Source: Candidatus Poriferihabitaceae bacterium | GTDB lineage: Bacteria > Pseudomonadota > Gammaproteobacteria > Arenicellales > Poriferihabitantaceae | Direction: 5' to 3' | Assembly: GCA_965214205.1 (NCBI GenBank) | Contig: OZ243941.1 | Location: forward strand, 736,154 to 800,153 | DNA length: 64,000 nt | Shown here: positions 20,201 through 30,721 of the stretch, in pieces | Layout: each line of letters starts with the position of its first letter | How positions within the stretch are numbered: position 1 is the first letter of the stretch | Position numbers and translations under genes: made by a program | The notes under the pieces: model-generated | Told to the model about the DNA's origin: nothing | Seen by the model: only the letters and a program-made list of their open reading frames with translations | Databases searched by the model: none

Positions 20201-21872
20201 CGGACAGTTGCCCGGTCACAAGGTCAGCCGTCAAATCGCCAGCGTGCGTCATTCCACTCCGGGCGTCGGATTGATTTCGCCGCCACCGCATCATGACATC
20301 TACTCGATTGAAGATCTGGCGCAACTGATATTCGATTTGAAGAATGTCAACCCCGAAAGCCGTATTTCAGTGAAACTGGTCTCGGAGGTGGGGGTGGGCA
20401 CAGTGGCCGCGGGGGTATCGAAAGCGCACGCCGACCATGTCACCATTTCGGGTTATGAAGGAGGCACCGGCGCCAGTCCGTTGACGTCGATCAAACATGC
20501 CGGTTCGCCGTGGGAAATCGGCCTGGCGGAAACCCACCAGACGTTGGTATTGAACCGGCTGCGCGGACGGATTGCGGTTCAGGCGGACGGCGGCTTGCGT
20601 ACCGGACGTGATGTCGCGGTGGCCGCGCTGCTGGGCGCGGATGAATTCGGTTTCGCGACGGCGCCGTTGATCGCGCAGGGATGCCTGATGATGAGAAAAT
20701 GTCATCTGAACACCTGCCCGGTCGGTATCGCCACCCAGGACCCCGAATTGAGAAAAAAATTTACGGGCCAGGCCGAGCATGTCATTAACTATTTCTTTTT
20801 CGTTGCAGAAGAGTTGCGCGGCATCATGGCCAGGCTCGGCATTCGCACCGTCAACGAAATGATCGGCCGGATTGACCGGCTGAAAGTATCGGAAGCGGTG
20901 AGCCACTGGAAAACACAGGGTCTCGATTATTCCCGGATTCTGGCCAAGCCGGATGTAGGCGCCGATGTCGCGGTTTACAACTGTGAAGCCCAACAGCATG
21001 GCCTGGACAATGTGCTGGACCGGGAGCTGATCCGGCGAGCCGGGCCGGCGCTCGATGACGGGACTGCGGTCCGGATCAATATCGGTATCGCCAATGTCAA
21101 CCGGACATTCGGCACGATGCTGTCGGGTGAGGTCGCGCGTAAATACGGACATGACGGCTTGCCGGAGGACACCATCCGCATTGACGCAAAGGGCACGGCG
21201 GGGCAGTCGCTGGGCGCATGGCTTGCCAATGGCGTCACGATCACGCTGGAAGGGGAAGCCAATGACTATGTGGGAAAAGGCTTGTCCGGCGGCAAGCTGG
21301 TCATTTATCCGCCCGCGAATTCCGGGATCGGGGATCGCCGAAACAACATCATTGTCGGCAACACCGTATTATATGGCGCGATTTGCGGTGAAGCCTATTT
21401 CAACGGCGTCGCGGGGGAACGGTTCTGTGTGCGGAACTCCGGCGCCATCGCCGTGGTTGAGGGAGTCGGAGACCATGGCTGTGAATACATGACCGGCGGC
21501 GTCGTCATCTGCCTGGGAGATACCGGCAGGAATTTCGCGGCGGGAATGTCGGGTGGAATCAGTTACGTACTGGACCCGGACAGTCGTTTTTCTGTGCGCT
21601 GCAACCAGCAACTGGTATCGCTGGAACCGGTTGACGCCGACCGTCGATATGAAAATATCGACAACCCGCTGGAAGCGGATGAAGCGCGGCTGAGGAAATA
21701 CATCGAAAATCATTATGAATATACCGGCAGCGAAATTGCCGGACAGATACTGAAAGACTGGAAAAGTTATCTCCCGAACTTTGTCAAGATACTGCCGCAC
21801 GACTATGCGGCCGCCCTGCTGAAACTTGAGCGGGAAAATCAACCCGAATACAGGAAGGCTCGACATGGGTAA
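17274..21872 (+). CDS. gltB: glutamate synthase large subunit
   Basis: 1532 aa. N-terminal Ntn amidotransferase (HDSCGVGF), FMN/3Fe-4S domain (GGTGASP) and GXGXG C-terminal domain. Confidence 0.95.
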   Translation: MQHQMSGLRPKKQGLYDPANEHDSCGVGFVVNIDGVKSHEIITSGLTILRNLTHRGAVGADPKAGDGAGILLQLPDEFFRNRIGQALPASGHYAVGMLFMPASLAGQAEAKGVVERYALDEGQTVIAWRRVPVNNVDLGKSVLPTEPAIWQVVVGRGAGLATQDDFERKLFVIRKQIERHIQLSDIRGKDDFYITTLSSRLINYKGMLLSHQVGEFYPDLVDQDMKSAMALVHQRFSTNTFPTWDLAHPFRMIAHNGEINTLRGNINWMAARKSTLFSDVLGDDIDKVWPVIPEGQSDSAAFDNALELLVAGGYSLSHAMMMLIPEAWSGNSLMDPGRRAFYEYHAALMEPWDGPAAVAFTDGKQIGATLDRNGLRPARYLITKDNMVVMASEMGVLPIPEENIRKKWRLQPGKMFLIDLEQGRIIEDEEIKNQLASSNNYQEWLNRTQIELKSLRIAVGAMSPDPETLLKTQQAFGYTQEDLKFLLLPMIERGEEALGSMGMDSPPAVMSDKPRHISNYFKQNFAQVTNPPIDPIREELVMALFSLIGPRPNLFGHSDGGQEMRLTVEQPVLTNNELERIRQIEDHTGGAFRTKTLTICYQVTEGKRGLAEALRILCGKAEQAILQKGFNILILSDRRMDADSIAIPALLATSAVHHHLIRKGLRTKSGLVIETGACLEVHHFATLAGYGAEAINPYVGFDTVNALLGNLAEKIDFEEAQARYIKAVNKGLKKVMSKMGISTFQSYCGAQIFDAVGLSQEFVDQYFTGTSSPVQGIGLNEIAEDMFTLHQRAFGDQPLYQDALDAGGDYAFRVRGESHVWNPESVSYLQHAVRANHAGTWREFSDLVNTQDKTHFNLRGLFEFDWAPSAIPIDQVEPASQIVKRFSTGAMSFGSISQEAHSTLAIAMNKIGGKSNTGEGGEEEERYRPLKDGSGNPKRSAIKQVASGRFGATADYLVNADDIQIKMAQGAKPGEGGQLPGHKVSRQIASVRHSTPGVGLISPPPHHDIYSIEDLAQLIFDLKNVNPESRISVKLVSEVGVGTVAAGVSKAHADHVTISGYEGGTGASPLTSIKHAGSPWEIGLAETHQTLVLNRLRGRIAVQADGGLRTGRDVAVAALLGADEFGFATAPLIAQGCLMMRKCHLNTCPVGIATQDPELRKKFTGQAEHVINYFFFVAEELRGIMARLGIRTVNEMIGRIDRLKVSEAVSHWKTQGLDYSRILAKPDVGADVAVYNCEAQQHGLDNVLDRELIRRAGPALDDGTAVRINIGIANVNRTFGTMLSGEVARKYGHDGLPEDTIRIDAKGTAGQSLGAWLANGVTITLEGEANDYVGKGLSGGKLVIYPPANSGIGDRRNNIIVGNTVLYGAICGEAYFNGVAGERFCVRNSGAIAVVEGVGDHGCEYMTGGVVICLGDTGRNFAAGMSGGISYVLDPDSRFSVRCNQQLVSLEPVDADRRYENIDNPLEADEARLRKYIENHYEYTGSEIAGQILKDWKSYLPNFVKILPHDYAAALLKLERENQPEYRKARHG

Positions 21873-23319
21873 GCCGACCGGGTTCATGGAGATTGAGCGT
21901 CAGGACCGAAAATACGAGGATATTCAAAGCCGGATTACCCATTTCAACGAGTTTGTCATCGAACTCAGTGAAAACGAGCTGAGCAAACAGGGCGCGAGGT
22001 GTATGGATTGTGGAATCCCGTATTGCCAGATCGGATGCCCGGTCAACAATATTATTCCGGACTGGAACGATCTGGTTTATCGTGGAGACTGGAAGCGGGC
22101 CAGCGATGTGCTGCATTCGACCAATAATTTCCCGGAATTTACCGGGCGCATCTGCCCGGCCCCCTGTGAAGCCTCGTGTACCCTGAACATTGAAGACCGC
22201 CCGGTTACGATCAAAACCATTGAGCAGAGCATTGTCGAACGGGCATGGGCGGAAGGATGGATACAGCCCCGGATTCCGGCCCACAGAACCGGCAAATATG
22301 TCGCCGTGATCGGTTCCGGCCCGGCCGGACTGGCCTGTTCCCAGCAACTGGCGAGAGCGGGGCATTCGGTTTCCCTGTACGAAAAACAGGAACGAAGCGG
22401 TGGATTGCTGCGCTACGGCATCCCGGACTTCAAACTGGATAAACTGGTGATTGACCGCCGCATGGCGCAAATGAAAACCGAGGGCGTGAAATTTCATTCG
22501 GGTATTCATGTTGGCGTCGATATCCCGGTTTCATTTCTGTTCGAGACTTTTGACGCCATCGTTTTAAGTGGGGGCGCCGAACATCCGCGGGACCTGGAAG
22601 TGGCGGGCCGGGAATACGACGGCATCCACTTCGCGATGGATTTCCTGAGGTCGAACACACGCAGAGTGCAGGGACACACGGTCGATGAAAGTCAGTTTAT
22701 CAACGCCGAAGGAAAACATGTCGTTGTCATTGGCGGAGGGGATACCGGGTCGGACTGTATCGGCACGTCCATCAGACAAAGGGCCAAATCGGTTACCCAG
22801 ATTGAAATTCTGTCGGAACCGCCCGTAAGGGAGAACAAGGCTTTGACCTGGCCGAACTGGCCCCACAAGCTGCGTACCTCTTCGTCCCAGGAGGAAGGAT
22901 GCAACCGCATCTGGGATGTAAAGACACGGCATTTCAATGAAGACGGCCACGGGCGCGTTTCATCCATACAATGTATCAAGGTAGCCTGGGACCGGGGGGC
23001 GGACGGGCAGTGGCGGATGCGGGATGTCGAAGGCTCGGAGTTTCTGCTGAAAGCGGACCTGGTTCTACTCGCGATGGGATTTCTTCACCCGGTTTATGCA
23101 GGACTGCTTGAGGAGATGGGGATCGAACGGGACAACCGGGGCAATGTCAACGCGCCGGAAAGTGGCGTGGGCGCGTATCAGACCAACATCGAAAAAGTGT
23201 TTTCAGCGGGCGACATGAGGCGCGGACAATCGCTGGTGGTCTGGGCGATTCGGGAGGGGCGGCAGTGTGCGCGGGCGGTCGATGAGTTTCTGCAGGGACA
23301 CAGTGACCTGCCCGAATAA
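21865..23319 (+). CDS. gltD: glutamate synthase small subunit
   Basis: [12 protein letters not shown] start, overlapping gltB by 8 nt. Fe-S Cys motifs and [12 protein letters not shown] dinucleotide fold. Confidence 0.9.
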   Translation: MGKPTGFMEIERQDRKYEDIQSRITHFNEFVIELSENELSKQGARCMDCGIPYCQIGCPVNNIIPDWNDLVYRGDWKRASDVLHSTNNFPEFTGRICPAPCEASCTLNIEDRPVTIKTIEQSIVERAWAEGWIQPRIPAHRTGKYVAVIGSGPAGLACSQQLARAGHSVSLYEKQERSGGLLRYGIPDFKLDKLVIDRRMAQMKTEGVKFHSGIHVGVDIPVSFLFETFDAIVLSGGAEHPRDLEVAGREYDGIHFAMDFLRSNTRRVQGHTVDESQFINAEGKHVVVIGGGDTGSDCIGTSIRQRAKSVTQIEILSEPPVRENKALTWPNWPHKLRTSSSQEEGCNRIWDVKTRHFNEDGHGRVSSIQCIKVAWDRGADGQWRMRDVEGSEFLLKADLVLLAMGFLHPVYAGLLEEMGIERDNRGNVNAPESGVGAYQTNIEKVFSAGDMRRGQSLVVWAIREGRQCARAVDEFLQGHSDLPE

Positions 23320-23394
23320 ACTCGCGTCCGCTTCGAGTCCCCCTGTCAAGACCGGCTCCGGCCTGCCCTATCTCTGTTACTCCATGAATAATCC

Positions 23395-24438
23395 ATGAAC
23401 GACCGGTTTTTGAAGGCGTTGAGACGCCAGCCGGTTGACTGTACGCCGATCTGGATCATGCGTCAGGCTGGCCGCTACCTGCCGGAATACCGGCGAAGCC
23501 GCGCCCGCGCCGGGGATTTCCTGACGCTGTGCAAAACGCCCGAACTGGCCTGTGAAGTGACGCTGCAGCCGATTCTCCGATTCGACCTGGACGCTGCCAT
23601 TATTTTCTCCGACATTCTGACCATCCCGGACGCCATGGGATTGGGACTGACGCTGCATGAAGGAGTCGGCCCCCGCTTCGAACGCCCGTTGCGGTCGGCG
23701 AACGAGATCGAAAAATTACCGAAAGTGGAAGTGGAAGCACAATTGGGCTACGTCATGGAAGCCATTCGTCTCACCCGTGGGGAACTCGAAGGCAAGGTCC
23801 CGCTGATTGGATTCGGCGGCAGTCCATGGACTCTGGCCACCTACATGGTTGAAGGAGGGTCAAGCCGGGATTTTGCGCAGGTCAAGGGCATGATGCATGA
23901 TCAGCCAGCGACCATGCACCGATTGCTGCAGAAGATCACCCAGGCCGCGATTGATTACCTGAAAGCGCAGGTGATGGCGGGAGCGCAGGCCATCATGGTA
24001 TTCGACACATGGGGCGGCGCGTTGAGCACGCCGGATTATCAGGAATTCTCGCTGGATTATATGGCGCAAATCGTATCCACTCTGAAAACGGACCCAGCCT
24101 GTTCCGCAACCCCGGTGACCCTGTTTACCAAGGGCGGGTCGGGGTGGCTGGAGCGGATCGGGCAAACCGGATGCGATGCAATCGGACTGGACTGGACGGT
24201 TTCACTGGCAGAAGCCAGAAAAAGGACGGCAGGATCGGTCGCCCTGCAGGGCAACATGGACCCCACCGTACTCTACGCCTCCAATGACAAGGTGGAGCGG
24301 GAAGCGAAGCGCGTACTCGAAGATTTCGGCACAGGCGAAGGACACATCTTCAACCTGGGCCACGGCATTCACCCCGGCGTCAACCCGGAGCGCGTGCAAA
24401 CGCTGGTGGAGGCGGTGCACAGAGAGAGCCGGCGGTGA
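23395..24438 (+). CDS. hemE: uroporphyrinogen decarboxylase
   Basis: [16 protein letters not shown] signature, 347 aa. Confidence 0.9.
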   Translation: MNDRFLKALRRQPVDCTPIWIMRQAGRYLPEYRRSRARAGDFLTLCKTPELACEVTLQPILRFDLDAAIIFSDILTIPDAMGLGLTLHEGVGPRFERPLRSANEIEKLPKVEVEAQLGYVMEAIRLTRGELEGKVPLIGFGGSPWTLATYMVEGGSSRDFAQVKGMMHDQPATMHRLLQKITQAAIDYLKAQVMAGAQAIMVFDTWGGALSTPDYQEFSLDYMAQIVSTLKTDPACSATPVTLFTKGGSGWLERIGQTGCDAIGLDWTVSLAEARKRTAGSVALQGNMDPTVLYASNDKVEREAKRVLEDFGTGEGHIFNLGHGIHPGVNPERVQTLVEAVHRESRR

Positions 24439-24998
24439 CAGACTTGCATCAGCGTATTCGGGCCACGCTCACCTGTCGGTACGATACGCCCATCATGCAC
24501 AACATTTATCGAGCCGATTATATTGAGTGTCTGGTCGCTTTTACGCTGGGTTCCGGTTGGTGGCTTACCGAGAACTGGGTTTCGTGGGATTGTCAGCACA
24601 CATCCGGAGCCCGGCTCGAGGTCAAACAGTCCTCGGCAAGACAGTCATGGGACTGTGCAGAAGTAGCGCCGCCCCGCAGCCCCCGTTTTGACATCGCGCC
24701 CTGTACCGGCTACTGGACAGAAGACGGAAGCCACTGGCAAGACTTTCCGGGGCGGCCTGAAGATATTTACGTTTTCGCATGGCATGGCGAGAGGCGGGAC
24801 GGTTACGCCGATCACCGTGATACCAGCCAGTGGCTTTTCTTTGTCGTGGCGGAGCAGGATCTGCCAGAGGGTCGAAAGCGTATCGGGCTGGCAGGACTCA
24901 AATCGCTCGTTTCCCCGTGCTACATCGCGGAACTCAAGCACACAGTAGAAGCCCGCCTCGCACCAGTAGCGCTAAAGGCCCAGCGTAAAGGAAAATGA
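24435..24998 (+). CDS. hypothetical protein with a PD-(D/E)XK nuclease-like motif
   Basis: 187 aa. The start overlaps the hemE stop (ATGA). E31...D52...E62-V-K64 (YIECLV, SWDCQ, RLEVKQS) fits the E/D/ExK pattern. No family recognised. Confidence 0.5.
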   Translation: MTDLHQRIRATLTCRYDTPIMHNIYRADYIECLVAFTLGSGWWLTENWVSWDCQHTSGARLEVKQSSARQSWDCAEVAPPRSPRFDIAPCTGYWTEDGSHWQDFPGRPEDIYVFAWHGERRDGYADHRDTSQWLFFVVAEQDLPEGRKRIGLAGLKSLVSPCYIAELKHTVEARLAPVALKAQRKGK

Positions 24999-25119
24999 AA
25001 CGGGCGACCACAGAGGGTCGCCCCTACGCATCATGCTCGCAACCTTCATCGTAGGGGACGGTCACCGTGCCGTCCCGCAACCGGACAACTCATGTGCTCG
25101 CTACATAAAGGAAAATGAA
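24986..25119. repeat. 14-bp direct repeat TAAAGGAAAATGAA (24986-24999 and 25106-25119) bracketing a three-hairpin segment
   Basis: Read directly. The first copy contains the stop codon of the 187-aa ORF. Confidence 0.8.
25002..25076. terminator. three overlapping GC-rich hairpins between convergent genes (probable bidirectional terminator)
   Basis: GGGCGACC/GGTCGCCC (25002-23), CCCCTACG/CGTAGGGG (25021-57), GGGACGG/CCGTCCC (25055-76). Confidence 0.5.
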
Positions 25120-25166
25120 GCACATTCGGGGTATGCGGCTTGTGGCCTCTTTCGTTTCATGCTCTC

Positions 25167-26024
25167 TCAACCCACATCAATCACGTCTTTCATGGTTTTC
25201 ATGGCTTGTTTTTCTATTTGGCGGATTCTTTCCGCTGATACTCCGTACTCGTCCGCGAGGTCGTGCAGGGTGGGTTTGTCGTCGCTTAGCCATCGGCGGG
25301 TGACGATGTCTTTGCTGCGCTCATCGAGTTTGGTCAGGGCTATGCCAAGTTGTTGTTGGCGTTGCTGCTGATATTGGTTGTTTCCGATTACAATTTCGGG
25401 ATCATAACGGCTGTCTCCCAGATACTGGGCGGGCGCCAGGTAGGCGCTGTCTTCGTCCTGGTCTGCTGAGGGGTCGAAGGTTATGTCTGTGCCACTTAAT
25501 CTTGATTCCATTTCCCGGACGGCGCCAGGTTCGACATCCAGATTATCGGCAAGGTGGGTGACATCTGCGTTGTTCATCCATCCCCATTTGGAGCGGGACT
25601 TTCTCAGATTGAAGAACAGTTTGCGCTGCGCCTTGGTGGTGGCTACCTTGACAATGCGCCAGTTGCGCAGCACGTAATCGTATATTTCGGCCCGTATCCA
25701 GTGTACCGCGAATGAAACGAGCCGAACATCGCGAGTCGGGTCGAAGCGTTTGACGGCTTTCATCAATCCGATGCTGCCTTCCTGAATCAGGTCGGGCAGC
25801 GGCAGGCCGTAGCCCATGAATCCCCGCGCCACCTTGACTACATATCGAAGATGGGACAATACCAGTTCGCGCGCGGCTTCGAGGTCGCCGTCGTCACGGT
25901 AACGCATAGCCAGATCGTACTCCTGTTCGGCCGTCAAAATTGGCGCTGCGTTGACCGCCTGCATATAGTCTGTCAGACTGCCGTTGGCAGAAAGTTGCAT
26001 CGGAATGGGTAAGCTTTGCGTCAT
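25167..26024 (-). CDS. rpoH: RNA polymerase sigma-32 factor RpoH
   Basis: 285 aa. QEGSIGLMKAVKRFDP (region 2) and the RpoH box QRKLFFNLRK. Confidence 0.9.
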   Translation of the reverse strand: MTQSLPIPMQLSANGSLTDYMQAVNAAPILTAEQEYDLAMRYRDDGDLEAARELVLSHLRYVVKVARGFMGYGLPLPDLIQEGSIGLMKAVKRFDPTRDVRLVSFAVHWIRAEIYDYVLRNWRIVKVATTKAQRKLFFNLRKSRSKWGWMNNADVTHLADNLDVEPGAVREMESRLSGTDITFDPSADQDEDSAYLAPAQYLGDSRYDPEIVIGNNQYQQQRQQQLGIALTKLDERSKDIVTRRWLSDDKPTLHDLADEYGVSAERIRQIEKQAMKTMKDVIDVG

Positions 26025-26113
26025 CGAACTGGAATAATCAGGTTTTGGTTATCGGGTATTTTAGCGCTCAATGGAGTAGAGTGCTAATAATTTTGAAAGT
26101 TCCACGGAATAAT

Positions 26114-26875
26114 TCAATTATTTTCCTGTTTATCCGACTCTTCCTCTACACCCGGTCCTCCCTCGACCCATGCCCGGATTTTCACTTCCGCTTCCCTGGC
26201 GAGCCGGTCCCGTGAATCGCTTGGCGCCAGTAATTCAAAAACCTGGACGTGAACTCGTATCCTGCCCAGACAGACAGTCTGCCACAGGCTTTGCAGGAAC
26301 GTCATGTTTCTCCCGTAACTGACTTCGGGAAATGAATTGCCATTCTTGTCCGAATAGCGTAGGGCGACCGGCTGCACGCGGGCATTGCTGTTAATCGCGG
26401 ATTGCATCAGCCGCGGATAGAACCGGTTGACGGAGTGTCCGTCTGTAGTCGTGGCTTCGGGAAAGATCAGGGCCGCCTGGTTCTTTGACAAGGACTCCGA
26501 CAGCTTGGCGTTGGCGTCCTTCGCTCCCCGGCCCCGATCGATGAACAGCGTCCCCGCTGTTTTTATAATGAACCCTAATACCGGCCAGTTTGCTATTTCA
26601 CCTTTTGCAAGAAATACAACCGGCAGTTGTGACCCGATCACCGAAATATCCAGCCAGGAGACATGGTTGGATACTACCAATACTCCTGGAACGGGGGCGG
26701 CCCCGCTGAATTGACATCGAACACCCATGGTCCGGACGACTGCTTTATGCCAGAACCGGGCGATTTTCTGGTAAAACCCGTAGGTCAGAAAAACTGACAG
26801 GATGCTGCAAACGACCCCCGCAAAGAGCAGCAGGCAAAGCAGAAAGACTTTGGCGATGCCGGCAATTCTGTTCAC
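26114..26875 (-). CDS. lysophospholipid (1-acyl-glycerol-3-phosphate-type) acyltransferase family protein
   Basis: NHVSWLDI (HX4D) and FPEATTTDG motifs with an N-terminal TM helix. The GTG start at 26875 is chosen because the longer ORF overlaps hslU. Confidence 0.7.
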   Translation of the reverse strand: MNRIAGIAKVFLLCLLLFAGVVCSILSVFLTYGFYQKIARFWHKAVVRTMGVRCQFSGAAPVPGVLVVSNHVSWLDISVIGSQLPVVFLAKGEIANWPVLGFIIKTAGTLFIDRGRGAKDANAKLSESLSKNQAALIFPEATTTDGHSVNRFYPRLMQSAINSNARVQPVALRYSDKNGNSFPEVSYGRNMTFLQSLWQTVCLGRIRVHVQVFELLAPSDSRDRLAREAEVKIRAWVEGGPGVEEESDKQENN

Positions 26876-26876
26876 A

Positions 26877-28199
26877 TCAAAGGATGTACCGCGACAGGTC
26901 CTGGTCGTCTGCGAGGTCTTGCAAGTGCCGGTCCACATAGTCAACATCAATGCAGACGTGCTGACCGGACTTGTCGGCCGCTTCGAATGAGATAGTTTCC
27001 AGCAGGCGCTCCATCACGGTATGCAGTCTGCGGGCGCCGATATTTTCGGTTTGTTCGTTGACCTGCCAGGCGACTTCGGCGATACGCTGAATACCCTGCC
27101 CCGTGAATTCGAGTTGCAGGCCCTCGGTTGCCATTAACGCCTGGTATTGTTCCGTCAATGAGGCGTCCGGTTCAGTCAGTATTCGAACAAAGTCATCGCT
27201 GTTCAGCGCTTTCAATTCGACCCGGATCGGAAGTCGACCCTGTAATTCAGGAATGAGGTCCGATGGTTTGGACAGTTGAAAGGCGCCGGATGCGATGAAC
27301 AGAATATGGTCTGTTTTTACCATTCCGTATTTTGTCGATACAGTCGAGCCTTCGACCAGAGGCAGCAGATCTCGTTGTACCCCTTCTCTGGAGGCGTCCA
27401 CGCCACCCTGGGTTGCGCTGGAACGGTTGACAATTTTGTCGATCTCATCCAGGAAAACGATTCCATTCTGCTCGACCTTGTCCAGCGCCTGTACCCGAAC
27501 CTCTTCTTCGTTGATCAGTTTTGCCACTTCTTCCTCGGTCAGCAATCTCAACGCTTCCGCCACCGGAACTTTCCGGGTGGTTTTTTTCTGTCCTCCCATG
27601 TTCTGGAACAGCCCCTGGAGTTGATGGGTCATTTCTTCCATTCCAGGGGGCGCCATGATCTCCACGCCAATGGAGGTGTTGTTGACCTCGATTTCTATTT
27701 CCTTGTGATTCAGCTTCCCCTCGCGCAGCATCTTCCTGAATTTCTGGCGGGCGGCGCCGTCGTCATTGACGGGTTCCCCACGGGCGGGAGGCAACAGTAT
27801 ATCCAGCACAATTTCCTCAGCCATGTCTTCGGACTTGCTCCGGACTTTTTCCATAGCCTGTTCCCGTGTCATTTTCAGGGACATATCCATCAGGTCGCGG
27901 ATAATCGAATCCACCTCTCTGCCGACATATCCCACTTCGGTGAACTTGGTCGCTTCGACTTTTATGAATGGCGCGTTGGCCAGTTTGGCCAATCGTCGGG
28001 CGATTTCGGTCTTGCCGACCCCGGTGGGTCCGATCATCAGGATGTTTTTGGGGGTGATTTCTCCACGCAGCTCCGGATCAACCTGCATTCTTCTCCAGCG
28101 ATTCCTCAGCGCAATCGCAACCGAACGCTTTGCCGCGTTTTGAGCGATGATATGCTTGTCCAGTTCTTCGACAATTTCTCTGGGGGTCATTTCAGTCAT
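26877..28199 (-). CDS. hslU: ATP-dependent protease ATPase subunit HslU
   Basis: [17 protein letters not shown] Walker A, 440 aa, downstream of hslV. Confidence 0.95.
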   Translation of the reverse strand: MTEMTPREIVEELDKHIIAQNAAKRSVAIALRNRWRRMQVDPELRGEITPKNILMIGPTGVGKTEIARRLAKLANAPFIKVEATKFTEVGYVGREVDSIIRDLMDMSLKMTREQAMEKVRSKSEDMAEEIVLDILLPPARGEPVNDDGAARQKFRKMLREGKLNHKEIEIEVNNTSIGVEIMAPPGMEEMTHQLQGLFQNMGGQKKTTRKVPVAEALRLLTEEEVAKLINEEEVRVQALDKVEQNGIVFLDEIDKIVNRSSATQGGVDASREGVQRDLLPLVEGSTVSTKYGMVKTDHILFIASGAFQLSKPSDLIPELQGRLPIRVELKALNSDDFVRILTEPDASLTEQYQALMATEGLQLEFTGQGIQRIAEVAWQVNEQTENIGARRLHTVMERLLETISFEAADKSGQHVCIDVDYVDRHLQDLADDQDLSRYIL

Positions 28200-28225
28200 G
28201 GTTGCTACCGGGGTGGAACGTATAA

Positions 28226-28765
28226 TTAATAATCAAGGGTTTCAATGGTCAGGTGGTCATTGGTATAGATGCAGATCCGTCCGGCGATTCCAAGGCTTTT
28301 CTCAACGATCTCGCGCGCGGACAGATCCGAGTTTTCGATCAGGGCGAGCGCCGCCGACTTGGCGAAATCACCGCCGGAACCGATTGCCATTACCCCCTGT
28401 TCGGGCTCGATGACATCTCCGTTCCCGGAAATGATCAGCGACGCTTCACTATTGGCTACCGCCAGCAAGGCTTCCAGTCTTCGCAGCATACGGTCGGTAC
28501 GCCAGTCTTTGGCCAGTTCCACCGCCGCCCGAACCAGTTGGCCCTGATGCTTTTCCAGCTTTCCTTCAAACCGCTCGAACAGGGTAAACGCGTCCGCGGT
28601 ACCGCCCGCAAATCCTGCCAGTACCTGCTTGTTGTATAGGCGCCGCACCTTGCGCGCATTGCTTTTCATCATTGTGTTGCCGATCGAAACCTGGCCGTCG
28701 CCACCAATCACGACCTGGTTTTCGGTTCGGACAGATAGAATGGTTGTGCCTCTGAACTGCTTCAT
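28226..28765 (-). CDS. hslV: ATP-dependent protease subunit HslV
   Basis: N-terminal TTILSVR (Thr nucleophile after Met removal and processing), 179 aa. Confidence 0.9.
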   Translation of the reverse strand: MKQFRGTTILSVRTENQVVIGGDGQVSIGNTMMKSNARKVRRLYNKQVLAGFAGGTADAFTLFERFEGKLEKHQGQLVRAAVELAKDWRTDRMLRRLEALLAVANSEASLIISGNGDVIEPEQGVMAIGSGGDFAKSAALALIENSDLSAREIVEKSLGIAGRICIYTNDHLTIETLDY

Positions 28766-28811
28766 TGGATCACTCCGGGATACGGGTCTCTCCTGACAAG
28801 AGACGGATATT

Positions 28812-29294
28812 TTACTTGACCAGTTTCAAATGAGGTGACGAATCGGGCTTTTTATTTGATTTGCTGCCCGATTCACCGCCATTCGACGGGGGTTTTTCCC
28901 GGCTGCGCTGGCCTTTTGGGGGTGGCGTGTCACTCTCCTCGAACACGATTCCGACTCCATTTTCCTTGGCATAGACCGCCATCACGGCAAATATGGGTAT
29001 ACAAACGTCGAACGGCCTCCCGGAAAAACGGGCCGAGCACATCAGGAATTCATTGCCAAGCTCAAGCGCTTTCACCGATTGTGGATGAATATTCAATACG
29101 ATTTGATCTTCCCTGACATATTCCAGCGGCACAATAACATCTTTGAGCCTGGCGTTTACCCGAACCTGCGGTGTCAGTCCGTTGTCAATCGACCACTCGT
29201 AGATGGCCCGAATCAGATAGGGTTTGGTGGAACCGGGCAGAGAGGATCGGCGCTTGCCTGATCCGCCGCCTTTATCTTTGTCTGAAGTTCCCAT
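28812..29294 (-). CDS. sspB: stringent starvation protein B (ClpXP adaptor)
   Basis: [11 protein letters not shown]-type N-terminal block ([19 protein letters not shown]) and a C-terminal LKLVK ClpX-binding-like tail. Confidence 0.85.
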   Translation of the reverse strand: MGTSDKDKGGGSGKRRSSLPGSTKPYLIRAIYEWSIDNGLTPQVRVNARLKDVIVPLEYVREDQIVLNIHPQSVKALELGNEFLMCSARFSGRPFDVCIPIFAVMAVYAKENGVGIVFEESDTPPPKGQRSREKPPSNGGESGSKSNKKPDSSPHLKLVK

Positions 29295-29305
29295 CAGGGG
29301 TTGAT

Positions 29306-29950
29306 TCAGGCGGCCTGATGCAGGTTCAATTCGTAGTCACTGAGGCTTTCCCTGAATGCGGGTCGTTTAAAAAGCGATTCTCCGTACTTGATCAGGGGAG
29401 CGGCCTGCTTTGGCAGGGTCACGCCCATAGCGGGAATGCGCCATAACAAGGGCGCAAGATAAGCGTCAATCAAAGTGTAGTCGGCGCCCAGAAAAAAGGG
29501 TTTGTCCGCAAACATCGGAGACAGGGAAATCAACCCGTCGTGCAGGTCTTTTTTCAGAGCGGAAGGGGGGTCAAGGGCGGGTATTTCACCCAGAGCATAA
29601 ATCGGTTTCAGCCAGTCACGCGTCAGGCGCCAGACCGTCAGGCGGGTTTTAGCTCTCATAATGGGGTCAACCGGCATCAGGGGAGGATGGGGAAAACGTT
29701 CGTCCAGATACTCGACGATGACTCCCATGCCGTAAAGCGCGACATCGCGGTCAATCAGGGTAGGCGTTTCACCATAGGGGTTATGCTGCCCCAATTTGTC
29801 GGGGTCGTCATCCGGCGAAACGTATTCAATCGCACAGTCAATGTCTTTTTCGATCAGAACGATGCGGCAGCAATGGCTGAAAACGTCAAACTGGCTCGAC
29901 AGCAATGTCATCGCAGGGTGTCGGTCTGCATGCAACCCCGTGGTCATCAT
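29306..29950 (-). CDS. sspA: stringent starvation protein A (GST-like)
   Basis: GST fold, with position upstream of sspB and downstream of petC. The start may instead be the internal ATG at 29911 (MTLLSS...). Confidence 0.85.
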   Translation of the reverse strand: MMTTGLHADRHPAMTLLSSQFDVFSHCCRIVLIEKDIDCAIEYVSPDDDPDKLGQHNPYGETPTLIDRDVALYGMGVIVEYLDERFPHPPLMPVDPIMRAKTRLTVWRLTRDWLKPIYALGEIPALDPPSALKKDLHDGLISLSPMFADKPFFLGADYTLIDAYLAPLLWRIPAMGVTLPKQAAPLIKYGESLFKRPAFRESLSDYELNLHQAA

Positions 29951-29977
29951 GGAATCAACTTACATCCGGTACGGTCT

Positions 29978-30721
29978 CTAGTGGACATCCCGCCAGTATT
30001 CCTTTTTCAGGTAAAACGCAAGTGTGCCCAGCACGGCCAGAAACAGCATCACCCATATACCATAATCAATCCGGACCATGCGGGCCGGTTCCGCCATGTA
30101 ATACAGGAAATTGGTCAGATCGCGCATCGCGTGATCATACTCTTCAGCGCTCATTTTCCCCGGCTGCGCCAGTTCCAGGTCAATGACTTCCCGTTCATTG
30201 CCGTGACTGTCGGTTTCGATGGTCTTGCTGGCATGCTGTATTCCCTGCAATTCGTACAGGGCATGAGGCATGGCAACCTGCGGGAATACCAGATTGTTCC
30301 AGCCGCTGGCCGTGGATTCATCCCGGTAAAAAGTGCGAAGATAGGTATAAAGCCAGTTCGGGTCTCTCAGCTTGCCGATCAGGGACAGATCCGGAGGCGC
30401 GACCCCAAACCATTCCTCGCCCTGTTCCGCGGTCATGGTTGTGGTCATGTTGTCGGCAATTTTGCCGCCTGTGAAAATCATTTGCGATTCAACCAGATCT
30501 TCGGGAATCTCCAGGTCCGCGGCCATCCGGTTATAGCGCATGTACTTCGCGCTGTGACAGGACATACAGTAGTTCACAAACAGTTTGGCCCCGTTTTGCA
30601 ACGAAACCTTATCTCGTAATGACACCTCGACCCGGTCCAGGGCCGCGCTACCGCTTGCTGCAAATCCGGCCGGCGAACTGATCGCCAGGGCCAGGGCCAG
30701 AGTCAGAAACCGTTTTTTCAT
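29978..30721 (-). CDS. petC: cytochrome c1
   Basis: Signal peptide, CMSCHS haem-binding motif, C-terminal TM anchor. Confidence 0.9.
   Translation of the reverse strand: MKKRFLTLALALAISSPAGFAASGSAALDRVEVSLRDKVSLQNGAKLFVNYCMSCHSAKYMRYNRMAADLEIPEDLVESQMIFTGGKIADNMTTTMTAEQGEEWFGVAPPDLSLIGKLRDPNWLYTYLRTFYRDESTASGWNNLVFPQVAMPHALYELQGIQHASKTIETDSHGNEREVIDLELAQPGKMSAEEYDHAMRDLTNFLYYMAEPARMVRIDYGIWVMLFLAVLGTLAFYLKKEYWRDVH

Noticed and set aside
24986-25119. Calling the repeat-flanked hairpin segment a mobile element (MITE) as a feature.
   Set aside because: No terminal inverted repeats abut the 14-bp direct repeats, there is only one copy in this window, and a 14-bp target duplication would be unusually long. 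I kept it as an observation only.
26025-26113. The hairpin TTAGCACTC/GAGCGCTAA between the acyltransferase gene and rpoH, considered as an intrinsic terminator.
   Set aside because: The stem has an internal mismatch and no U-tract follows on the transcribed strand. It is too weak to call.
27276-28229. A long ORF (317 aa) antisense to hslU. Similar long antisense ORFs occur at 29540-30619, 35438-36496, 3452-4369, 20367-21152, 37733-38596 and 33983-34741.
   Set aside because: Each lies entirely inside a confidently recognised gene on the other strand. Each has an Arg/Gly/Pro/His-rich composition and no motifs. These are typical shadow ORFs of GC-rich coding DNA.
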